Positions 38,992-51,338 of a DNA stretch of 64,000 bases are shown here, piece after piece. Under the pieces are notes generated by a model. The model made no database searches. It was not told the DNA's origin and saw only the letters and a program-made list of their open reading frames with translations. Each line of letters opens with the position of its first letter. Positions within the stretch are counted from its first letter, which is position 1. Made by a program: the position numbers and the translations under genes. This stretch comes from Leucoraja ocellata (lineage: Eukaryota): contig JAWMAR010000146.1 in assembly GCA_036785375.1 (NCBI GenBank), positions 1,054,001 through 1,118,000 on the forward strand, written 5' to 3'.

Positions 38992-39404
38992 CAACAATGC
39001 ATACCAAAATGCAAAACAACGTTAATTGACTACAAATGTAAGGATCTTTTACTCTCACCTTTTTAAATTGCCATACCAGCTGCCAGTAACATTACAGATT
39101 ACACTGTTTAAAATATCTGCTTCCTATAATCTAATCATTGTGCTGTTTTGTTTGATTCAAATGTTGTAAATGGCTTTTAATGAAATGTGACAATTTCAGT
39201 CCTGTTCACTGATGCCAATAAAGTGTCATCTTCCTTCATTCTGGAGTGTTTTCTGCAAACTTCCTATATTCAGAACTGGAGGGCAAGTGGTTGTGTGTAG
39301 CAAGTATTACTGAGCATCTGATTTAGCATTATGTACATGTGCGGCACATTGGCAATAATGGAATTTGATGCAAGTTAATTGACATTCTCAAAATTATACT
39401 GGGA

Positions 39405-40780
39405 ACATAAGAGTTAGGAAAAAGACAATCGGAATAGGTCATACTTTTCACTAAGACCATGGTTGCCCTTATTAATCTCAACTCCAATTTCCAGCCAAAC
39501 TCCAGAAACTAGAATTCTTCCAACGGTCCAAAAATACATCAGTCTCAGCCTTGTTTCTGCCCAGCTGTTATCAGGCAACTGAACTATCCTACAAACAACC
39601 AGAGAGGTGGCCTTAGCTACTATTTTTATAATTGAAGACCCTGGACTATATTTAATCGGACTATACTAGACTTTATCTTGTACTAAGCGTTATTCTTTTC
39701 ATCATGTATCTGTACACTGTGGACGGCTCGATTGTAATCTTGTATAGACTTTCCGCTGACTGGTTAGCATGCGACAAAAAGATTTGTCCTGTACCTTGGT
39801 AGACGTGCCATTAAAGTAAACCAAACCAAACATAATTAATGAGTGAGCATACACAGCCCTAAGCAGAGTAACTTCTCAAGATTTATAACTCCCTGAGAGA
39901 AGGATTATTTTTCTCATCTCAGTCTTAAACAGGCCACTCTTTATCAATCAATGCTCTCTAGTTCTAGATTTCCCTGCAATGAAAATATCAAAGGATCTCT
40001 AAATTAATTTCTCAAAAGTTCATGTGATTGTCAGTAACAAGCTCACTCTGAATCTTAATTGTCTCACTTGGTCACTTCTCATTCCTCTAAATTCCATTCT
40101 ATTTAATCTTTTTTCATGAGACGACTTCTTATCCCCAGGATCAATCCAGTGAATCTTCTCTGCAACACCATCTGAGAAATGTATCCTTCCTTAAATAAGA
40201 CCAAATCAGCATGTAAAACTCCAAGCAGGATCTCATTGAAGTTCTGTGCAGTTGTAGCAAGACTTCTCTATTTTTTTACTCCAGGCCCCTAATAATAAAG
40301 AACAATGTTCCATTTGATTTCCTGACACTTGCAGCACCACTTCCTATACTTTCCTGTGATTTTTGCACAAGGACAACTTGACACCTATGAACACCTGCAT
40401 TCCCAGGCGATTTAAATAACATTTTGTTTTTCTAATCTTCCTACCAAAATTGATTACCTCATTTTTCCCCTGTAATATTCTCCATTTTCCATCATTTTGT
40501 CCCAACATTAAAATTAATATTCCTTTGCAAACTTTTTATGTCGTCTTCCCACCTTATTTTAGTAACCATCTTTAGAAACTCTAATGCAATATCCCCTAGT
40601 GAAGACAATAATATAAATTACAATTAGCTGTCCTCCCAAAACTGGTCCTTATGGTCACCAATTGTTACACCTTGGTATTGTTTGTCATGTGAAAAGATGG
40701 TCTTTACTGAACCTTTTATCTTGCGTGGCACCTTATTGAATTAGCTACCATTCATTGTTTCTACATCTATTGTGCTGCGT
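39405..40780 (-). mobile_element. Old CR1 LINE interrupted by a Rex-type 3' fragment (~39555-39830, +)
   Basis: Reverse CR1 motifs (atccccaggatcaatccagtgaatcttctctgca; cgtggcaccttattgaa). The insert ccagctgttatcaggcaactgaac matches 42481-42505. Confidence 0.75.
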
Positions 40781-41721
40781 CTAAACACACTACAACCATT
40801 GTTTCTCCTCACAGAGTTCTAATCGGTTTATCAAAAATAAATTCCCTTTCATAGAGCTTAACTGCTCACTTGATAGAAGGTGATGAATTATTTGCTTTTA
40901 CTCCCTTTTCTTGCCATTCTCTGACGAAGTCCCCAAGAAATTGTTTCAAGAAAATGTCCCAAATCCATAACTTCATTCTCACAGGTATATTTGCCAATTG
41001 GATTTACGTAATCGATCTGAAGGTCAACAGCGCCCATCATGAAAGTCCCCTTCATCTGTTAATTAACATAAATGCCTTTGGTTTTTAGGTAGATCTTGGA
41101 AAAGATTATGGGATTTACACTTCATAGTAGATTTTTATTCCAGATTATTTAATTAAATATTTAACTTCCCCAGCTCCTCAGTAAATTTTGAACTCCCCAG
41201 ATTATCCCCAGATAATTAATTAATGTTTCTGCATTAAAACTAATCACCATGTTGCTATTTCAATAAGTATCCAAGATTGACCAATATCACAGAAAAAGGA
41301 GCATAATCACTCTTAACCATCCAGAGCAACACAGATCATATACAATCACATATTCATTTTGACCTACCCTGTGTTTGTCACCACTGTCATTTAAAACCAT
41401 CCATTGCTCGTCCTGCTGAGTTTCTCCAGCCTTTTCAGTCATTATTCACGTCACTTTGTCCCGGTTATATAACATGAGCATTTATTCCTCCTTTTTCCCC
41501 CCAGCCTACATTACATTAATGGTCCCATGTGGCGTTGTCATTTTCTTAAATCCGACATCAATCAGGATTATCATGGGGGTGACAATGCTGTGCATTATAC
41601 AGTGGCTTTCTGCAGATCAGGTTTTCTATGGAGCTAAATGACCAGCTGGTACATTGGTCCACCATAGGTACTCTTTGCTTCTGGCTCAGTAAGATCACAA
41701 TTACAAATGGTTTGTCATGAC

Positions 41722-41954
41722 TCACAGAGAGTGTTGAGTCTGTGGAATTCTCAGCCTCAGAGGGCCGTGGAGGCAGGTTCTCTGGACGCTTTCAAGAGAG
41801 AGCTAGATAGGGTTCTTAAAAATAGCGGAGTCAGGGGATATGGGGAGAAGGCAGGAAAGGGGTACTGATATGGGATGATCAGCCATGATCACATTGAATG
41901 GCGGTGCTGGCTCGAAGGGCCGAATGGCCTACTCCTGCACCTATTGTCTATTGT
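41722..41954 (+). mobile_element. CR1 3' end
   Basis: SQRVLSLWNSQPQRAVEAGSLDAFKRELDR; (TTGTCTA) tail. Confidence 0.93.
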
Positions 41955-42673
41955 CATTGAGACGTACAGCACCGATACAGGCCTTTCTGCATACCATGCC
42001 CATGCTGATCTTTTTGCCCTACACTGATTCCATTTGCCCGCATTGGAGTCACATGCTTCAATGCCTTCCGAGGAGGCAACAGGGTTTGTGAGGAGGGGTG
42101 ATCTTCGATGATCTATTTCATCCACTCATTATCACCAATGACTCATCCTACGCTCCCTCTTCTGCATCAAAAAGCCCTCTGGGGTGGTTGCGTGTGTGGT
42201 CTCATGGATACTTCAAGTGTTGCTGCTAAGGGAAGATTTTCAATGGAACAGATCCGACTGGAGAATTTTGGGATTCTGCTGTGTTTGTATAAGGAACTGG
42301 TGGGCAACAACCAACCTCCCTTCCACCAGCTCCATTTATACCTCACGCTGCCTCGGCAAGGCCAGCAGCATAATCTAAGGTGAGTCGCACCCTGGCCGCT
42401 CCCCCTTCTCCCCTCTCACACCAGACAAAAGGTATAGAAATGTGGAAACACACACATCCAGATTGATGGACAGCTTCTAACCAGCTGTTATCAAGCAACT
42501 GAATCTTCCTACCACAACTTGAGAGCAGTGCCGAACTACTGTCTACCTCTTTGGTCACCCTTTGACTATCCTTGATCATACTTTGCTGGCTTTAGCTTGC
42601 ACTAAACGGTATTCCCTTGTCATATGTCTATGCACTGTAAATAATCATGTATTATCTTTCTGCTGACTGGATA

Positions 42674-43116
42674 CAGCCTTCTCCCCATATCCCCTGACTC
42701 CGCTATTTTTAAGAGCCCTATCTAGCTCTCTCTTGAAAGCATCTAGAGAACCTGCCTCCACCGCCCTCTGAGGTACAGGATACTGAGTTGGATGATCAGC
42801 CATGATCATACTGAATGGCGGTGCAGGCTCGAAGGGCCGAATGGCCTACTCCTACACCCAAGAGCGGAACTCGCTATCAAAACATGGAGGGGACGGGGGA
42901 CACAACTTTTTGGCGGCCACGCGCGCATGCGCACACTCACACACACGCGCGAGGCTTCGGAGGCTCAATCCAGTGCTAAAAGCGGAGATTTTAAAATCGC
43001 GATTTCAAAAACTTGAGGGGATGTCCCCCACCTCTCAAAACATGGGGGGGACGTGTCCCCTCTGCCCCACCCCCCCGGTTTTCCGCCCCTGTCTACACCT
43101 ATTTTCTATGTTTCTA
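42674..43116 (+). mobile_element. CR1 insertion with 5' inversion, TSD TGGATA
   Basis: 42676-42770 is reverse-strand CR1 and 42770 onward is forward CR1 3' UTR and tail. tggata at 42668-42673 and 43117-43122. Confidence 0.85.
42859..43091. mobile_element. hAT-type MITE (233 bp)
   Basis: TIR caagagcggaa / ttccgcccctg (9 of 11 match); 8-bp TSD cctacacc (42851-42858) / tctacacc (43092-43099). Confidence 0.85.
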
Positions 43117-43169
43117 TGGATAGCCCGCAACAAAAGCTTTTCACTGTACCTCGTTCACGTGACAGTAAC

Positions 43170-44147
43170 ATGTGGTGGGACTCATCAGCGGAGATGACGA
43201 ATCAATGTACAGGGAGGAAGTAAAACAACTAGTGGACTGGTGCGACAAAAATAATCTAGAATTAAATGTCGACAAAACGAAGGAGATTGTTGTCGACTTC
43301 AGGAGGGCGCAGCCAAAGCATACACCCCTCAACATCAGTGGCACTGCGGTGGAGAGAGTGGAGAGCATAATGTTCCTCAGTGTGCAAATTACAGACAGTC
43401 TCACCTGGTCCAGGAACACCACAGGGACCGTCAAACGGGCCCATCAGCGACTGCACTTCCTGAGGAAACTAAAACAGGCCTTACTCCCCACCAACATCCT
43501 CAGGACTTTCTACAGGGGTACGGTGGAGTCTGTACTCACGTACTGCATAAATACGTGGTACTCCACCTGCAACTGCTCGGACAGGAAGGCTCTGCAGAAG
43601 GTAGTGAGGGGCGCAGAGAGGATCATTGGCGTCTCCCTACCCTCGGTACAAGAACTGTTCCAGAGCCGCTGTCTGAAAAAAGCTCAGAGAATTGCTAAGG
43701 ACAAACTGCACCCCCTCCACATACACCTGGATCTCCTGCCATCAGGCAAGAGATATCGAAGCATCAAAGCCCGGACTACAAGACTGCTAAACAGCTTCCT
43801 ACCACAGGCTGTGAGGCTGCTAAACAGTCACTCTGTACTCACAGTCACTTGATTCTGCGGCTGGCACGGACACTTTAATAACTGGCACTGGCCACTCAAA
43901 TCAGCTGCCCCGGACATTTTTATGATTGGTTTATTGTATTTTAACGTTGTGTTTTACCTGCCTTTAACTATTTATTTATACTGTTCCATCAGGGACTGGA
44001 TTGTTTTTAGTGTTATTATGTGTGAAACGTTTTAAATTTCATGTGCGATGCTCCGCTATTCCCTGGGAAACGTCTTTTCATTTTGCACTGTACGACTGTT
44101 GCTTGCAAGATGACAATAAAGGTTGATTGATTGATTGATTGATTGAT
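43170..44147 (+). mobile_element. Young Rex1/Babar LINE (element B), 5'-truncated
   Basis: Uninterrupted 226-aa RT C-terminal ORF 43172-43852 (VVGLISGDDE...LELNVDKTKEIVVDFR...GKRYRSIKARTTRLLNSFLPQAVRLLN); AATAAA and (TTGA)n tail. Confidence 0.92.
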
Positions 44148-45269
44148 TAAACTAAACTGAAACTGTAAGCCAATGAGTATAGGGAAGAGGGGACAAGTAG
44201 TTCATGCATAGGGATGCAGAGGTTAAATGATGGGGCCTACCATAGTTAATGCTTATCATGAGTTTAGGCCTAGTTCTAATGCCCAAATATATTGCCCAAA
44301 TACATGCCACACCTTCCTTAGGAAGTTTGAGGGAATATTTGAAACTTAATTCACAACTTCCATGCATTCAGTGTTATGTTTCAATCATTATGTGTAAGTG
44401 TTATAACTTCCTCCTTTACAGTGATCATCTTCTCCTGTTCCAAATCGTGCTATGCAAACTATGAGGCGCACAGTAAATTGCATAATGGCACATTCCTGGA
44501 CTGACGGTACAATTGACCAGGAATTAGTTCACTCAATTACTTCATTTTAAACGATCACGGCCGTAACCAGAAATCAGCAGTTCTGAGAAATGGCTTCAAT
44601 CAGCAACCTATGAACACCCCACCTACTCGAAAAGAGGTTGTGTATCCAGACCTCTAACCTTTTAAAGGCTATCTGAATACATTTACATTTGCTCATTTGA
44701 ATTTCATGAAGATATTATAATTTCTCCAGAAATTGTATAACCTGTTGTTATCTTTCTGTTCTTGACTCCACGTGTTCATATATTGGGATGTGGGGAAAGC
44801 CGTAAATACCACATTTACAGCGAGCCCCCAGTGCATTGTGCAAAGAGTGGTGAGCCATCATTGTCAGTCAGAGTAGTCCACAGTTCTGGTAAGTGGGAAG
44901 TTGCAGGAATGATGAAAGAGCTGTGTTGCTTTTCCAAGTCAGAATGGTGTGTGGCTTGGATGAGACTGTGCAAGTGCTGGTGTATTCTATGTCCCTGCTT
45001 TTTATTACATCTAAAATCTTCACCTGCTCCAAACCTTTGAATCCTCCTTTGTGTCAGATGCTATGCTAAACTCCTGTATGTTGGCCTCCAAAAGTGGTTT
45101 CAGTTTTGGACACTGATAATTTGTAAATGGGTTCACAAGAAGTCATTTGCCCTCTCATGCCATTTAATAATTGCATAACTACACCATCTGTGTCAATTTC
45201 TGAAACAAATTACACACCCTGCACTTTTAGCAGGTATGGCTGTTATTTTACAGTGTAAAATACAGGGGT

Positions 45270-45436
45270 CCAACAACAAGACCCGGAGTGCGGCCTTGCA
45301 CCACCCGGCGCGGCGTTAATGGCTGCGGTACAATTACCATCGCACGCCGGGGGCTTTTACTCTGACATCGGGAGGGGAATGGGGAGTGCAGGGGAGGGAT
45401 AAGTTTTTGCCTTCCATCACAGCGAGGAGGAGATGC
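45270..45436 (+). repeat. CpG-rich repeat fragment abutting the 5' truncation of a CR1
   Basis: Abrupt GC/CpG-rich block; resembles a LINE UTR but is unclassified. Confidence 0.4.
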
Positions 45437-46597
45437 ATTCAACAAGGTCCCACATAAGAGATAAGTATACAGACTTAAAGCACACGGTATTGGGGGTTCA
45501 GTATTGATGTGGATAGAGAACTGGTTGGCAGACAGGAAGCAAAGAGTAGGAGTGAACGGGTCCTTTTCACAATGGCAGGCAGTGACTAGTGGGGTACCGC
45601 AAGGCTCAGTTCTGGGACCCCAGCTATTTACGATATATATTAATGATTTGGACAAGGGAATTGAAGGCAACATCTCCAAGTTTGCGGATGACACGAAGCT
45701 GGGGGGCAGTGTTAGCTGTGAGGAGGATGCTAGGAGGCTGCAAGGTGACTTGGATAGGCTGAGTGAGTAGGCAAATGCTTGGCAGATGCAGTATAATGTG
45801 GATAAATGTGAGGTTATCCACTTTGGTGGCAAAAATAGGAAAGTAGATTATTATCTAAATGGTTGCCGATTAGGAAAGGGGGAGACCTGGGTGCCATGGT
45901 ACACCAGTCATTAAAAGTAGGCATGCAGGTGCAGCAGGCAGTGAAGAAGGCGAATGGTATGTTAGCATTCATAGCAAAATGATTTGAGTATAGGAGCAGG
46001 GAGGTTCTACTGCAGGGAAGTTCTACTGCAGTTGTACAGGGTCTTAGTGAGACCACACCTGGAGTATTGCGTACAGTTTTGGTCTCCTAATCTGAGGAAA
46101 TTCTTGCCATAGAGGTAGTACAGAGAAGGTTCACCAGACTGATTCCTGGGATGTCAGGACTTTCATATGAAGAAAGACTGGATAGACTCGGCTTGTACTC
46201 GCTATAATTTAGAAGATTGAGGGGGGATCTTATAGAAACTTACAAAATTCTTAAGGGGTTGGACAGGCTAGATGCAGGAAGATTGTTCCCGATGTTGGGG
46301 AAGTCCAGAACAAGGGGTCACAGTTTAAGGATAAGGGGGAAATCTTTTAGGATCAAGATTAGGAAAACTTTTTTCACACAGAGAGTGGTGAATCTCTGGA
46401 ATTCTCTGCCGCAGAAGGTAGTTGAGGCCAGTTCATTGGCTATATTTAAGAGGGAGTTAGATGTGGCCCTTGTGGCTAAAGGGATCAGGGGGTATGGAGA
46501 GAAGGCAGCTACAGGATACTGAGTTGGATGATCAGCCATGATCATATTGAATGGCGGTGCAGGCTCGAAGGGCCGAATGGCCTACTCCTGCACCTAT
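45437..46597 (+). mobile_element. Young CR1 LINE, 5'-truncated
   Basis: [10 protein letters not shown] and [11 protein letters not shown]; C-terminal ORF 46217-46522; 16-bp internal duplication near 45999-46030. Confidence 0.96.
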
Positions 46598-46880
46598 TAA
46601 AGAAGAAAGAAGAAAATCACACCCTGAAGCACATAATTGCTCTGAAACAAAGTTGGCTACAAAAGATAGAAGTGGCAATTCCCACTTATGTGGCTGGTAC
46701 CAACTTATCAGAAAGTCCAGACAGCAAGAGTTTGACAAAATCCTTTCTTTTAATCATTATCGAATCATTCTTGGAAGCACTGTGGTTGTGGTCTGAAGGA
46801 TAAAACAATATTTCATCAGGAAATATTACCCAACAACATTCAATGATAATTATCTTATGTCACATAAGCAGAAATATACC

Positions 46881-47335
46881 CATATAACATATAACCATAT
46901 AACAATTACAGCACGGAAACAGGCCATCTCGGCCCTACAAGTCCGTGCCGAACAAATTTTTTTCCCCTTTAGTCCCACCTGCCTGCACTCATACCATAAC
47001 CCTCCATTCCCTTCTCATCCATATGCCTATCCAATTTATTTTTAAATGATACCAATGAACCTGCCTCCACCACATTCCACTGGAAGCTCATTCCACACCG
47101 CTACCACTCTCTGCGTAAAGAAGTTCCCCCTCATATTACCCCTAAACTTCTGTCCCTTAATTCTGAAGTCATGTCCTCTTGTTTGAATCTTCCCTATTCT
47201 CAAAGGGAAAAGCTTGTCCACATCAACTCTGTCTATCCCTCTCATCATTTTAAAGACCTCTATCAGGTCCCCCCTTAACCTTCTGCGCTCCAGAGAATAA
47301 AGACCTAACTTATTCAACCTATCTCTGTAACTTAG
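46881..47335 (-). mobile_element. CR1 3' end, same subfamily as 27558-29063
   Basis: LGLYSLERRRLRGDLIEVFKMMRGIDRVDVD; (GTTATAT)n tail. Confidence 0.95.
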
Positions 47336-50300
47336 CTTAACATAGCTTAGCTTAACTTATGCAACTTTAAATGTTCTTATTCACTCAGGAATCTATTATG
47401 GAAGAGGGGAAAGATATTTCATATCACATCGGAAAAAAGGCCAAAAAACCTTTGTGGGAAAATCAGTTGAGAAAGTAGTACTTCATGAGAAAGTTTTTTT
47501 TTTAATCTATTCTCTAGCAAAAGATAAAAATAAATCAAAACATGTCATTCATTATTCTTTTATATAAAGTGTAAAATGCCAATCTTGGGACAGCTAGGAT
47601 CTTAGCCACATTGTTAATTTTAAAGGCAGTGCTTCAAGTTCACATCTTTAAAATGAATCATGTGATCAAAGCCAACAGAAAATAAACTTACAAAAATGGG
47701 AGCAAAGAGCAAAATAAACCAGTTTATCAAAGATGTCAGAACAAAACTATACAATCCATGGTAAAGCCTCTTCTATTCATAATTCAACAGTGTTGTTCAG
47801 AGAACATAAGAACACTCTTTTCTGATACTGAATACTCAAGAACGTAAAGGTTCACTATTCAGTGTTTTCGCAGTCTCGACTGCAGCTAAAGCTTCTGTCG
47901 TTAAGTGAACATAAACAGTTTCTTTTTACTAATTCTCCAATGTAAGATAATTATTTATGCATGCAGGGTTTTCTTAAGTGTTTACTTTCAATCTCATTAT
48001 TGCATTATGTTTGCAAAGGGAAAGTGAAGTTTCCACTAATAAGCTTTTGTGATATTTGTGTTACTTATTTTCCCAGTCATATTCCTCAATTCTCAGAAAA
48101 TCATTTGATAACGGTGTGCTGTGTGGTGGGGGCCACTTGCACATTCTCATTTGTTTCCAGCTGGGACAACTATAATTTAATTTGCTTAAAGACTAAATTT
48201 GCTGGATTCTCAAGGTGGCCACTACTGCGACTGGAATCTTTAATGAGCGTGAAGGGTAATCTGCATCTCAATTGTTGTACCGCTAAATTTTTCCACTGAT
48301 ATTTTCTTCTGTAATCCATTTCCCAGGCAAAGTTAGTAACTGAAAGATTCCACCTTGAGAACAGTCTTCACACAGTGCCGGGCAACGTTGGTGTTGTGTT
48401 TCTGAATTATGTTGCATGCTCCTCCTATCTTCTCCCCCACACAGCCTCTGCCAAAGTCATCTGACAGGAAACTAAAGATTAAATTTGTCCGACCGAAGAG
48501 AACAAAGAGCCCACAGAGCAGTGAACCAGCTTACTGCAGAGTCCAAACTTTCTAATCCACCCCAAATCTTGGGATTTTCAGGAAAGTGTTAATGCAAAGT
48601 TGTTTCAATGCTCTACTATTTTGTCTGTGGATCATCTTTCGACACTTTAGCATTTACACCCAGCATTTCCATAAAGGTTAACTTGAAGCACCAAACATAA
48701 TCATGTGGAAAATAGACTTTATTGATTGCTATGGTCTATTGTTCCCCTTTTTTAAGTCCCTGTAGTTCAAGTTCAATCTGGAATTACATCATGTCTGGTT
48801 TCCCTTGGTTACCAGACAGCTTGCGACGTGACCATGATTAGAGAGAAACAAATATTCATCTTCATGTATCAACTCCTCTTCTACTCAAATATAAACTTCT
48901 TTTCCACAAGGACACCTGAAGTATGCACTGTAATCAATTTATAGATCATAGTCTAAATTATATTATCTAATGGCTTCCTAATGGATAATTAATCCATTTA
49001 CTTTCATATGCATATCTAGGATTCAGGAATCAAAATTCCTGAGAAGAGCAACTACAAAATTACACATACTTCTGTGAACATTTGATGGATTCAGCTACAT
49101 TAATCATGTAGGATATTTTCTAAGTACAGCGATTCTTGGCAGTATTTTTTTTTAAACAATCATTATTAATTAGTTTTTCTTCACACAAAGAATCAACAGT
49201 TTTTCCTGTCGCACTTTCTACGAAGTCAAAAGTTTTTGATAATGTTCTGCAAATCTAAATTGCAGTACTAAGGAAAATAAAGGCAGGGATAAGTGATTAA
49301 GTCTGCATTTCTGTTCCCAAAGACTTTGATTCAAGAGTACTAAGCAATCTTTTGAGTCTTTCACATCCAACTATTGAGTTCAACATGCTCCTCCAGAGCA
49401 CAGCCTAAAACAGCTGCTTCACTGTAAGTTTAACGTAAGTTACTGCAGTAACATAAACTTATGGCAGGAAGTGCTGACCCAGTGTATTTGCCAGGATAGT
49501 CAAACAGAAACATTTTTTTTTCAAGGAAAAGAAATATGAGTATTGATGCTACATGCAAAAGGATTAACTATTTGAGTACTGAATTTCATTTTTTCATTTG
49601 GCTGGGCAGATTTCTCCTTCCCATAACACAATATCTATGAGGTAACCAGTCACTGAACAGTCAGAAACCTAGAGTGTAACAACAGGCTATGAAACGTCTG
49701 ACAATAAAATTATACACTGGGTGTGCTGCCTAATCATATTTGTATCTATGATTTAGAAGAAACTTACATCTGGGCCTAGAATCTGCAAATACTCCTAACA
49801 CATTCTCACACATTTGGCTTCCTTTAAACAAAACTGCCTCACAGCTTAACTGTCACAGAACCATGCTAAAATGCACATTTTTTTTTAGAAATGTGATCGC
49901 ACCTGCAAACAAAAACAAACACATCTAATGCACAGTTAAATCACCTCAAGTTATTTGAAATATGCCTTTAAAAAACATACATTGCCATCATTGTATAACA
50001 TTGCACATACATTTTACACTAAATAGGCACAATAAACATAATCTGGCCTGTGATTCTATCTATCTTTTATAATTAGCAATCTAAATGAAAAACAAAGTTG
50101 TCCTAAATTTTCAAAATGCTGAATTAGTAACTGTTCTTTAAATATTAATTTGAATATACATGATTCTTAATAAACAAAAGAGAAAAATGCAAGAGCCAAT
50201 AGTGTTGTGCAAAGTATAGTCTTAATGAACATTTCTACACAAGTCTCCCTACTTTACTGGCTGGGGTCTAACTTTGCACACACTTAACAAAAAGTAATCA

Positions 50301-51249
50301 CGTCTCTTAAAAAAAAAATCGGAATTGCAACTTTTAAGACTGCAGTATCCCTCTTTGCTGCCCTGCATCTGTCCAATTACAGTATCGTTAAATGTCACCG
50401 TTGCTCAATAAGGAGCTTAATTTTGTTTTCACAAAGTTGCATTTTGCGCATTCTATTGCAAGTACCTGTATATTTAGAAATAGTCCAGTATTTTAACCAC
50501 ACAGTCATTCAGTGTTTGCCTTGAGACAATATTCTGAGATGTGATATGTTACTTCTTTTCTATATAATTCACCAAGTCACTTGGTTCATACACTAGCTTT
50601 GACTGGGTCAATGCACATTTTGCTCCCAGAACTACTGCTTTGCAATTGACTAAGTCCTGGGATATGCATGCATTTGCTTGCCTTTCCTCTCTAACCAGCA
50701 GCCCTAGGAGGTTGCTGGTACCCCCTGTGTTATAGGGCAGCTGAGATAAGAGGTTCTGCCAGTTGGGACTGGGACCTATGAGTCACAAACCTGAAGCTTC
50801 ACATACTGGTGTACCAGCGCACTGTGCCACTTCACTGCAGAGCAAAATAATTATTAACCAAAAATATATTTTTTCAAAATAAATTATAAATGAAAAATGA
50901 AACAAGCATTTCATTGTCCTGAGTATCAAACATTAAGGGGTTAAATTTTCTTCTGTAAAAACTTTCCTTTAACACAGCTCCAGTCTTCTTACAGTAATCT
51001 GAACAGATGTTTTACATTTAATTCTCTGAAGAGGATGGCAGCCATGTTTACATCGAGGAGTGTGGGAAAATACAAGCAGTTTAACATTTCCAAATCCACC
51101 ATACTGAAAATACTAGAAAACGCTGAAGTAGAAACTGACTCTTGATTTAAACCAAATGATAACAATCTTAATGCTGGACAACAAGAAGAGATAATGCAGC
51201 TTCATTTTTGATATGCATGTGTAGATTTTAGAAATAGTTAAAATATTAC

Positions 51250-51338
51250 CTTTGCCAAGCAATTCCCAATGTATCGTCACTGGCACTGGGGTATAAATGC
51301 CTGCCGTTTTGATTCATGGTCCAGTCACAAATCCTCAG
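51250..51338 (-). CDS. NFIB: NFIB alternative (cassette) coding exon, 89 nt, LRICDWTMNQNGRHLYPSASDDTLGIAWQ + 2 nt of a Ser codon
   Basis: Minus strand reads ttcaattgacAG|CTGAGGATTTGT...TGGCAAAG|GTaata, open in phase 0. The peptide closely matches the recalled human NFIB long-isoform segment LRICDWTMNQNGRHLYPSTSEDTLGITWQS. The final AG joins the first T of the terminal exon to give AGT (Ser) and an open frame. Confidence 0.93.

Larger units (their letters stand above)
42290..44166 (+). mobile_element. Rex1/Babar LINE 3' end (host element A; pieces 42290-42673, 43117-43169, ~44147-44166)
   Basis: LPSTSSIYTSRCLGKASSII..ESHPG..KRYR; the split 3' UTR rejoins to match the copy at 39750-39830. Confidence 0.85.
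10783..51249 (-). other. NFIB: NFIB last intron (40,467 nt, GT-AG)
   Basis: Donor GT at 51249-51248 and acceptor AG at 10784-10783. No further NFIB-like coding exon was recognised in between. Confidence 0.8.

Noticed and set aside
43172-43852. 226-aa intact ORF as a domesticated gene
   Set aside because: It starts at the insertion junction just after the RT catalytic motif and ends in a LINE 3' UTR with a (TTGA)n tail; intactness reflects youth.
508-45832. Antisense ORFs over CR1 copies (e.g. 508-1023, 27798-28193, 45248-45832)
   Set aside because: They are shadow frames of LINE ORF2.
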